From: Takakia lepidozioides
Lineage: Eukaryota > Plantae > Bryophyta
DNA: 64,000 nucleotides
Reading direction: 5' to 3'
NCBI GenBank assembly: GCA_030704615.1
Contig: CM060732.1
Location: forward strand, 3,720,001 to 3,784,000
The position numbers were made by a program, and so were the translations under genes. Of this stretch, positions 13,897 to 24,300 are shown piece by piece (the stretch's first letter is position 1; the number at the start of each line of letters is the position of its first letter). Under the pieces are notes generated by a model, which saw only the letters and a program-made list of their open reading frames with translations, made no database searches and was not told the DNA's origin.

Positions 13897-14666
13897 TGTG
13901 AGCAGCTCGTTCAGGAGGAGGTTAAGTTGAGACCGGGTGCCAAACCCAAACAGATACAGCTCCAAGCCACCCATAAGATGGCCTTGGCCAGAATTATGTC
14001 GGAAGACGGCTCCGATAGAGTTCCTCTCGATGAGAAGGAAATGGAGGCATTGCTGGAGTCGGTGTCCCACGTATGTTCACCGAATGTCCGAAACCACATT
14101 GTCTCATGCAAACAAAAAATTGGGCGTGGCTCGGATATGCACTCCATTCTGGAGGTGAAGCGACGATGTGGATATGACTACATTCATGGAAGTAGGTTTT
14201 CTAGGACAAGGGACTGAGGGAGATCGTTGTTTCGTATTCAAAATGTCCACGTGTGGACCTGGCAGCGGCGTCGAACTGGTCGACAGGATGACGAGTGGGG
14301 ACTTGTCAAACAGTTGGGTCATGTTCGACCATATCAAGCGAATTACAAATCACCAGTGGGTGACAATGGGTGCACATGTCTACGACACCCACTGCAGGAT
14401 GCTAATGACAATTGCTATTTGTGAGATGAAAGGAGAGGACACACAATCGGAGATGCTTCTTTGGTAGGGAATAAACGAACAGATGGCCAAGGCGGGATTG
14501 CCCCCTCCCAATTTCCGTGGTTTCATGGCGGACAACGCACAAGCAAATTGGGCTGCCATCCGAAGGGTGTACGGGCAAGACCCCAATGTTCCCATGGAAG
14601 GCAAGGAGAGATCTTGTGGGTTCCATTTTCTGCAGAGCCTTTCGCAGTACACAACCAGGCTCGTGG
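13897..14666 (+). pseudogene. Fragment of DDE transposase core (inverted duplicate of ~16877-17635)
   Basis: WVMFDHIKR..VTMGAHVYD..MTIAICEMKGED..NFRGFMADNAQANWAAIRRVYG..ERSCGFHFLQSL: two catalytic Asp candidates plus a CxxH motif. Frameshift and stop present. Confidence 0.75.
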
Positions 14667-15160
14667 TAATAGGTAATAGGTCTCTCTGGCGAAAAATGGT
14701 GCCGAATTCCGCGGCTATAGGTCCCCTCATGACAGGTGTGTAAGCCCAAAATTTGGAAATGTGGCGCCGAATTTCGGTACATGGTGCCGGGGATTGCACA
14801 GATGTTGGGCAGTTCTGGGCCATGTAACTGGAAATTCGGCGCCATTTTTCCAGACATCGTTCCCGAGCATGTTCAGACTTAGCCAGTTTTCGGCCCAAAA
14901 TAGGGAAATTTGGCGCCATTTTTCCAGACACAGGGGTACCAGTGCATGTTGGGACTTAGCCAGTTTTCGGCCCAAAATAGAGAAATTCGGCGCCATTTTT
15001 CCAGAAATGGCCCCACAACTGCTTCTGTTGGATCTCAGTTTGAATGGAATATTGCCTCATTCCAGGAGTTTTGGGGTGCATTTCATTACACTGCAAAAAA
15101 AAAGTTTGATACATGAAAATGCAATTGAAAATATCCATATGGAGGATTCCCTTTGCCCCA

Positions 15161-18100
15161 TCAATGATTTCTGGAATCCCTAAGGAGGAGTTTGTGCAGC
15201 TCATTCACGCTCAACGCCGGTGCATGAATAAAGTCATCAATAGTCACGTTCATCCTCAACCTCTTCAGGTAAATGTAATACAGATGCTTGCACGGATAAT
15301 ACTTTGAACCCTTCTTTGCTTCCATCAACGAGAAGTCCGTACAATTGCAAGTCGGCTCCACTCCAATCGTAATTGTGTATACATCGTCGCGTACAGCCGA
15401 GCCGGCCGTTGCCATCCGATAAACACGCCCAAGGCCGGGTGGAGGTACGTCCACGGAGCTCTGAATAGTGCAAGCCATCCCAAGAGCATTGGCAATCCGA
15501 GTCTCATTCAACTTGTTGGGAAGGTGTCGTCTCTTCACTATTCCGAATCGCATTGTGGGATGTGCAGAATTGTCCAATCCGTCTCTACTGGACCGAGCAG
15601 TCTGCAATGGCTGGGTCTAAGGAACTAGAAATTCGTGGGCCGGGACATCTGTGCGTTGCACCATTCGAAATCCTGCTACAGATAGAGCATCCGCCTCATT
15701 CTGAGAGAGGCTGCAACCCGGTGCAACAGGCCAGACGCCCGGAGGCTCCGGCATTCCCTGAATCCCGTACTTGGGCTTGGCAAATACACAGGTCATTATG
15801 TCGTGCCTACAGAACCAAAACGTCTGCGTTGTGGCGTGAGCAAATGTGGGAGTCAAAAATCTGCCGCTGAAACAAGGTGCAGGTACAGCACCGTGTGGGT
15901 TCCTCCGAATCATCTCACCACAGCGTGCTCTCGTATCCACCCGAATGGCGCAGCACTTCCCTCGAAATGCCGGCAATGTCCTTGCAATTCTCCACTGTGA
16001 CTCCGACACTCTTGTCTCCACAATGGGTATGTTGTACTGCGTTACCACAGATGGCTTGTTATGTTCCTCGGCACGTGCCCTGTGCTCAAAGGAGATGGCG
16101 ATCTTGAACGTGCAAGACTTGCGGTGCTCGACGAGACTCCTCAGGCAACATCACGGGACCACGAGGGAGCGTGCGAATATTCTTGTCAGCTCGCCATGAA
16201 TCCTCTTCCCCGCCAGGTGCCTCGTCAAGTCTTCGTCTCACTGGACGGGTATGAACATCTCCTTCCAAATGTTGGCCTCTTCGAAGCAATGGCGTGTCCC
16301 GAAGGCCCTCTCGCAAGGCCGCCGCCCACTTCCGAGGATTCTTCGATCTGGAGGCAGTCCGCATCAGCATTTCCTGCCTGTCCGGCCCCAAGCCCCACTA
16401 TTTCTCTTTCAAGAACTCGTTGTACCTGCATTGCTGCATAATTGACCTCACAATGTCCTCCGTTGTGGCAGTGAGGATGTCCACCAGATGCGCCGCAGAG
16501 GAGGCACGCCAGGAAGAATGCACTGGTAGCCATGTTTGTCGTGGGCAGTGCTGGTTGTGTCGGAGTCGAGAAAGTCGAACAACCATTTCCTGCCACAAGC
16601 ACATGTGAGATTCCAGCAAGTTTCAAATAATGCCAAGAATATATTCAACGGGACGCGAATTCGTGCAACTCACCTCCCGCATATAGTCGCCCGAACTGGA
16701 GGAAACGATAATGCCACCATGTAGCAATGACCATTGCTCCCTCGTCTGATTTCCTTACAGCACCTGACGATTTGTCCACCAAGCCCGTACATCAAACTGT
16801 TTGTCTCTGCATCATCACAAGTGGGAGGCCGCTTCCATGCAAGACACATGGAACGGTGATCCTCTCGAAATCTGGCGCCACGAGCCTGGTTGTGTACTGC
16901 GAAAGGCTCTGCCAAAATGGAACCCACAAGATCTCTCCTTTGCCTTCCATGGGAACATTGGGGTCTTGCCCGTACAACCCTCGGATGGAGCCCAATTGCT
17001 TGGGCGTTGTCGCCATGAAACCACGAAATGGGGAGGGGGCCAATCCGCCTTGGCCATCTGTTTGTTATTCCCTGCCAAAGAAGCATCTCCGATTGTGTGT
17101 CCTCTCCTTTCATCTCACAATAGCAATTGTCATTTTAGCATCCTGCAGTGGTGTTTGTCGTAGACTGTGCACCCATGTCACCCACTGGTAATTTGTAATT
17201 CGCTTGATATGGTCGAACATGACCCAACTGTGACAAGTCCCCACTCGTCATCCTGTCGACCAGTTCGACGCCGCTGCAAGGTCAACACGTAGACATTTTG
17301 AATACGAAACAACGTTCTGATCAGTCCCTTGTCCTGGAAACCTACTTCCATGAATGTAGTCATATCACCATCGTCGCTTCACCTCCAGAATGGAATGCAT
17401 ATCGAGCCACGCCCAATTTTGTTTGCATGAGACAATGTGGTTTCGGACATTCGGTGAATATACGTGGGGACACCGACTCCAGCAATGCCTCCATTCCTTC
17501 TTATCGAGAGGAACTCTATCGGAGCCGTTTCCGACATTAATTCTGGCCAATGCCCATCTTATGGGCGGCTGGATGGAGCTGTATCTGTTTGGGTTTAGCA
17601 CCCGGTCTCAACTTAACCTCCTCCGACGAGCTGTTCTGCCTCGTGGGCAGCCTCCGGAGTTCCCCCTTGCCAATTTGTGACAATGGGAACCAACGTGTAT
17701 GCAAGCTCGGGTGAGGTCAAGGAAACGGTTTGTGTTGCCAACACATAGAACTGCTTGGCATTACAAACAGACATGCAGTGTGATGGTTCTTTGCAATGCG
17801 CACACATTAAATGTGGAGTTCGGAACCTTCTCCTGAGCTCGAAAATGGTTGATGAGCTGTGCCTGTCCAATCGGTCTCGTTCCTTGTGACCTCTGGATTT
17901 AAATGGAAGCAAGTTGGGGAGAGGAGAACACCGCAACGTGCCCGCACAAAACAACGTAGCGCACCCGCCACCCATCGAGCATCTTCATGCTGGTGGTTTT
18001 GGTGACGCACCAAGGATGACCATCATGTTTTGTATCCATATCTGTCAACATTTCGGACGCCCTCGAGTAGTCCTTCCGAGGAGGGAACCCAAAGAAGATA

Positions 18101-18400
18101 TTACCGTCGACGTTTGCGGGAGGCATGTAACCGATTATTTTTAATGAAATTGATGTAGTCCAGCCCGGCCAGCTCCGAGCGGTGTCCCTCCATGTGAAGC
18201 CCTCGCAGAATTTCAAGAATAGATTGAATGCGGTGCTCGTGCTGGGAATATGATCCCTCGTCCACTGACGTCCATTGAGGACTGCCTGATCTCCAGGACG
18301 ACCTCGGAACTTCCATGACCTCGTCTGAGTCGGACAGGTTGTGAAACAACCCGGTTCTCGTCGTCTTCATGGATGGGTTCGGCTCTGGATTTACTTCGTT
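15161..18400 (-). pseudogene. MULE-like DDE transposase with N-terminal Cys/His region and C-terminal SWIM zinc finger, frameshifted
   Basis: MDTKHDGHPWCVTKTT..RNETDWTG..CAHCKEPSHCMSVCNAK; FD..MAD..CxxH core; PTTNMA..VHSSW at ~16510-16545; FWFCRHDIMTCV..GVWPV; SWIM YTITIGVEPTCNCTDF..YPCKHLYY in ORF 15161-15607. Confidence 0.75.
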
Positions 18401-19059
18401 GCGACTTCTCTCTTTGAGGTAGCCACTCTCTGATTTCGCGGATTGTTTTGTGGAAGACGACAGGATAGAAGGTGCATTTGGCGGGCAAATGAAGTCCCCA
18501 ACAACCCTGTATATGATGTTGTCCGATGGTGGAAATCGTCATTTTCCCTGCCATCGCCGAAATCATCGTGGAGCACAACAATACTCTCGACACAACACGC
18601 CGTTTGAGTCCCTTCCTTCCTCCTCCAAAAAACCGACCCGGTTTCAGGTGGTATCGAACGCACAGATATTTCTCATCACCCGGCAGATGTCCCCTCTGCA
18701 CGGAAATGAAGCTATATGCTCGTGAGGAGGGCAGTACACTGTAGCGCTCGGTTTTCCGCCATGGGAGATGTGCACACAAGACTGCCAGGATGGCGTGCGG
18801 GCAAGCTCCCTGGTAGAAGGGGGATGCAGCGATGGGAAGGAATGCGGTGCCGATTTGTCCGAGCGACGAAGCCTGATCCAAATCCAGGGAGCCAACTATC
18901 TCAAAAATCCACAGTCAGAGTGTTAATGAACCTTGTCTCAGGAATGCGGCCCCCCCTGGTCTTTGCGCAAAACTGCCAACGGTATGCAGTCAGAAGTGGG
19001 GGGTCGTCCGGATGATGTCGGCTGAAGGGGAGAAGCCGGCACCGTGTCGTCACATTACT

Positions 19060-20700
19060 ACCCCCGGATGTGAAAATTCGGCACCGAATATCCAGCAGGG
19101 GCCGCACGTATGAAGTCGCCTCGGGCATAAGAGGCCGGAACCTGTCCGACAGAGAACAACCCCGGATGGAAATGCAGCGCCGAATTTCCATTCGGATCCC
19201 CCCAAAGGAAGTCGTGTCGGGGGGTCAGGCCGAAAACTGGCCGACATAAAAACCTCCCCGGATGGAAAAAACGGCGCCGAATTTCCATCGAGGCCGTTCG
19301 GATGCAGTCGGCTCGGGGGAGGAAAGGCCTGACACCTGGCCCTCACATTACAACCCCCGGACGGAAATTCGGCACCAAATTCCAACAGGAGGAAGCCCGG
19401 GATAAAGTCGCCTCGGCGGGAGGCCGGCGCGTGTGGACAGAGAGCATCCCCTGGATGGAGATTCGGCGCCGAATTTCCAATACGGGCCACCAAACGAAGT
19501 CATGTCGGGGGGGCAGGGGGCCGGAAAATTGGCCGACATAAAAACCTCCCCAGATGGAAAACGGCGCCGAATTTCCATCCGGGGCCGTTCCGATGCAGTC
19601 GGGGAGGGGGAGAGGCCGCACCTGGCCGTCAATTTCAACCCAGGACGGAAATTCGGCACACGAATATCCAACAGGTGACGCCCGGACGAAGTCGCCTCGG
19701 GCGTAGAGGCCGGCACCTGTCCGACAAAGGACCATCCCCCGAAGGAAATTCGCCGCCGAATTTCCATCCGGGCCCCCCAAAGGAAGTCCGGTCGGGTGGT
19801 GAGGCCCAAAACTGGACGATATAAAAACCTCCCAGGAGGATGAAAAACGGCGCCGAATTTCCGTCCGAGGCCGTTCGGGGTTCCCTCTAGCAGTCAAGGA
19901 TTCCATGAAAACGTGTCTAAAAGTGGACTTCAGCAAAAAAAAAAAACTACAGTTTACTTTGTTTTTCTCCGAAAAACCAAGCGGCCACGCTCGAATTACC
20001 TGCAGGAAGGTAATTCGGCGCTTCGACTTACCTGGCGAATGGAAATTCGGCGCCGAATTTCCACGCAGCGATCCGAGTTTCCTGCGGGATGGAAATCGGC
20101 GCCGAATTTCCATCCTGATCACTCCGAATTACCTGCATGACGCAAATTTTGCGCGCCGCCCTAACTGCCGGATGGAATTCGGCGCCGAATTTCATCCCAT
20201 CCGCTATCCGCCAACCTGGCGGATGGAAATCCGCGCCGGATTTCCATCCTCCGGTCCGAATTACCTGCGGGCGGAAATTTCGTGCGCCGCCTCTACCTGG
20301 CAGGATGGAAATCCGACGCGGATTTCCATCCATCCGGACTCCGAATACCTGCGTGCGGAAATTCGCGCGCCGCCCCCTACCTGCAGGATGGAAATCGACG
20401 ACGGATTTCCATCCATCCGGCTCCGAATTACCTGCGTGGCGGAAATTTCGCGTGCCGCCCTACTTGGCAGGATGGAAATCCGGCGCCGGATTTCCATCCA
20501 TCCGGCTCCGAATTACCTGCGTGGCGGAATTTCGCGCGCCGCCCTACCGGCAGGATGGAAATCCGGCGCCGGATTTCCATCCATCCGGCTCCAAATTACG
20601 TGCGTGACGGAAATTTCGCGCGACTCCCTTCCCGGCAGGATGGAAATTCGGCGCTGAATTTCCATCCTGCTGCTCTCCGAATTACCTGCATGACGGAAAT
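19060..20700. repeat. Expanded array of GGCGCC-centred palindromes in the divergent intergenic region
   Basis: Many variants of GGATGGAAAT(T/C)CGGCGCCG(A/G)ATTTCCATCC, with units of ~55-85 bp. Confidence 0.9.
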
Positions 20701-21364
20701 TTTGCGCGCCGCCGTACCTGGCGGATGGGCATTAAATGTCCACCGCCGTCCGTTTTTATTTGGGCTGGCGACACATGGCTTCCTCGATACGTACCCTAAA
20801 TCTGATGCTAATCTTGGATTAACTTCTATTCGAGGCATGTACCCCAAAAAACTGAGATCTTTTTCCATTTTGGCTGGGACTTATGCCGCCTGAAGTGCGT
20901 GGCTCTCTTGAGAGAGACCTCACATCCAGACCGCGGCGGAAGTTGAAAGCTTTGTACTACGGACGATGGCCAATCTCTCGCATGGCCAAACTTAAGCTCC
21001 AGCAGGAGATTCCAGTGTCTTGCTCACAACCCACGCCAACTGAAGCCGAGTACTCTTAGGCAAGCCACTTCTGCTTTCGCTTTGTTCGCTTTTGCTTTTG
21101 CTTTCGCTTTCGCTTTGTTGATTCGCTTTGTTTTTGCATCTTCATCCTGGCATCGCTGGAAGCATGTCATTCTTAGGCATTGGTTGGATTTGTTTTCATT
21201 GTTGTTCCATGGCACTCCATACTTCCTAAACTTGTTTTGTTTTCATTGTTGTTCCACGATTGTTGCTATGGTGGTTGCGCTGCTCGTTGCCATTCTGGTT
21301 TTGGCACCGATGTTGGTTTTGACGATTTTGGGAATGACAGAGTGACGACGAGCCCGGCACGCTG

Positions 21365-24300
21365 GTGGTATCATCGACCGCTCCAACTCATCGCATGTTT
21401 GAATCGCCCAACTTGGGGCGAGAGGGCAAACTTCAACCTTTTGTTGGTGGACGGGAGGACCTGCAGCGAGGGCACGACAGAATAGACATTGGGGAGGTTG
21501 GTGCAGGCGGCATGGCAGGTGAAGGGCGTGAGGACGTGAGGACAGTAGATCCGGTAATGGAGGTTGTTGATGCACATGCAGTAGGGCCCGCCCACGCAAA
21601 GAAGAAGAAGAAAGCTAAGCACATGCAATCCCCGGCGAGAGAGCCGTCACGGGCTGCGGAAGGGGAGTGAGCAGTGCGCGCGAGGGTGTTCCTTCTCCTC
21701 AATCAAAGATGGTCGTCCTGGAGGGCTCCCTTGCTGCTAGCCCTAGTAAGAAACAGAAAACCCGTGAGAGGGCAAAAGAGAGGGCAAAAGAACAGGCGAG
21801 ACAGAAGGCTAGCCAGGAGGAAAGAGAAAAGGCCACTGAAGAGGCCAGGGGTGCCCAAATGACAGATGCCAATGTAAGCGAGGGACGCACAGAGACGGTG
21901 GATCCCTCCAAGACACCACAAAGAGGCAGTAACACACCGGTTACACCATCGCGGACAAGAGCAGCCCCCGCAATTACCCATACGGTGGAGAGTGGAGGAA
22001 AGGAAAGAACACCACAAAGAGCACGGATTGTGCAAGTTCGAGGTGAAGCCGGGGAGATGGCAGTAGAGACAGGGAGAGTGCTCGAGGTGGTTTTGCCGGT
22101 GGTTCACCATGTTGAGGAGGACGACACCGAGCTTTCTGACCAGGATGACATCCTCCTGGACATCCCCAGGCCCCCAAACCCGCAGCATACAGGCTGGATT
22201 TGGCGGTCCTGGTGGGCTGCCGGAAAACCCCTCTACAGCAGACGTCATGTCGGAGGCGGATATGAAGTTGGCCGCTGCCAAGATGTTGGAGGCAACCCAC
22301 AACAACATTGGCAGGGTGCTGGGGGGGCATGGTGTACCCGGCCAAGCTTCGAATTCCCCTTTGCCGCTTGGTGTCTTTGCAGGTGGTGAGACCTGCCCTC
22401 CCAGGCGATATCGACAAGCTGAAATTCTCTTTCCGGGATGGATATCGAATGGGGTCTGCTGCGTTTTACGTTTCCATTGAGAACGACCACGGAGCTTCCC
22501 GTGCCCACACTTCCGATGAGGTGGACAAATGGGGTCCCCATTGGCAAGGCCGAAATGAGGAGTTCGAGAGATCCATTGTTATTGATCCTCTTTTCCAGCA
22601 CTTGTCCGAGAAGATGTTTTACGTGTGGGACGACAATCATCGCCTCCTGGCATGGATGGAGCACATAGCCGAAGCCCACCCCAACGACCTCGATTGGCAT
22701 TTCGCCGTGGAGTGTGTTGTGCTGAAGGTTGCGGGGCCCAAAGATCGCAATCTTCTCAAAGCTGCAATGGCGGACATCAACTCGTAAAGTTACAATGCCT
22801 CTTGCTTTTGGACCCATCCGATTGTAAGTCATTTCATTGCGAATCCTCATATTGTTGTTGTAAATTCCCATTTCAGAATTGTTTGATGGAAATGTGGCAT
22901 TGCAGGGTGACTGAGAATGCCTTCATTGCCACCAACTTGTCCCATATGCTCTTCCGAGTGAAGGATGTCGGGAAGTAGGGGGTACAGGAGTTTGCCAATT
23001 CGCTCAGTGCCGACCTCCTGCGCAAGTCGGAGGCAAAGGCAGACAGAACCTGGTATAGGCTGAGCATGGACGCCATGGTGGACTACATATTTCGGGTAAA
23101 GCTCCTGACTGTTTTGTTGAGCTAATCTGTCTCTCCTCCCCCAATAGAAGAAAAAGTGTTGAGCAGGATCTCTAATCTTATGTGCGCATTTTTGACAGAC
23201 AAAAATTCAGCAGGATTTGGCACATGCGCGGAGGTTCTACATGGAGTCAGAGGAGAAGAATCTAACCCTCCCGGCACTCAAATCGTATCTCAAAGCTGCG
23301 GAGGTGAGGGCCCGCATAAAGTACAAGTCGCGGATGGTAAAGTACGTGGCCATAGCTGATCCCGCCCTTGGTGCCGACTTTCTGGTGGAGGTGGGGAAGC
23401 ACTACTCCCGCGCTCTGAAGCCCACGATGACATTGGAGAAGCTCCATCGTCTAGCCACATCCTGTGTGGATGGTGCAAAAAAAAGGTGATACATTCTTAA
23501 CCAAATTGTGGTGGCAACAACTCGTTTTTGTGGTGTTTGGCGCTTACGAATATGCTGGGTGGTTGGATCTGGAATGGTTTCCAAAGTACAAGGGACATGT
23601 GGAGCTTCCCCAAACCGGACAAACTGTCTGACCCCACATTCGACATGTGGATGAACCGCATGACATGGTGGTTTCAGGTACTTCCCCACGCTTTGTTTGG
23701 CGCTTCTACTCTTGTAGGGGGTGGATTCATTGTATTTTTTCAGCAATGGGATCTGATGGAGAATCTCCATAGGTGACGACGAATGCGCAAGAGCAGCTGG
23801 ACACACAAGCACATCAGTTCAAGATGGAGATTTCTCCTGCAGCAGAGAGCCTACACGACTATGTGACGAGGTACTTTCTGCTCTACAAAACCGACCTATT
23901 CTTTCGGGAGATACCACATGCCCGCCGGAGCCACGAGTTCACCGACCAGCCGAACGCGGACAAAGCAGCAATGCACCTTCTGTATAGGTACATACGCGAT
24001 GCCTTCCTTACAGTCCTTGCATTTTTCGCCGAATGTCCAGATCAGGGCTCCGAAAATGGCTAAGTCCCTAGGGTGGCTGGCCCTGAACTGGAAATTCGGC
24101 GCCATTCTTCCAGGTCAAGGCCATATGGGACAGCCATTTTCGGGCCGGACCAGGGAAAATGGCGCCGAATTTCCAGTCAGGGCTCCGAAAATGGGTAAGT
24201 CCCTAGGGTGGCTGGCCCTGAACTGGAAATTCGGCGCCATTTTTCCAGTTCTGGGCCCTATTGCCCTTGTGGGACTTAGCCATTTTCGGGCCGAACTTGG

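Larger units (their letters stand above)
6313..14666 (+). mobile_element. MULE-like DNA transposon, copy 1 (left arm of palindrome; internally deleted and 3' truncated)
   Basis: Starts GGGGGCTGCTATTTCATGAGCGGCATGAGCATGAGCGG. It is the reverse complement of 19670-27474 over 6313-13897, then jumps into the transposase core (13897-14666). Confidence 0.85.

Noticed and set aside
19060-20700. CRISPR-like array of palindromic repeats
   Set aside because: Spacers are related to each other, spacing is irregular, there are no cas genes and the context is eukaryotic.
19343-20893. Long overlapping ORFs with MEIRRRISI/WKFGAEFP repeats (also 8890-9900, 13165-13900, 23900-24900)
   Set aside because: These are translations of stop-poor GC-rich palindromic repeats, open on both strands.
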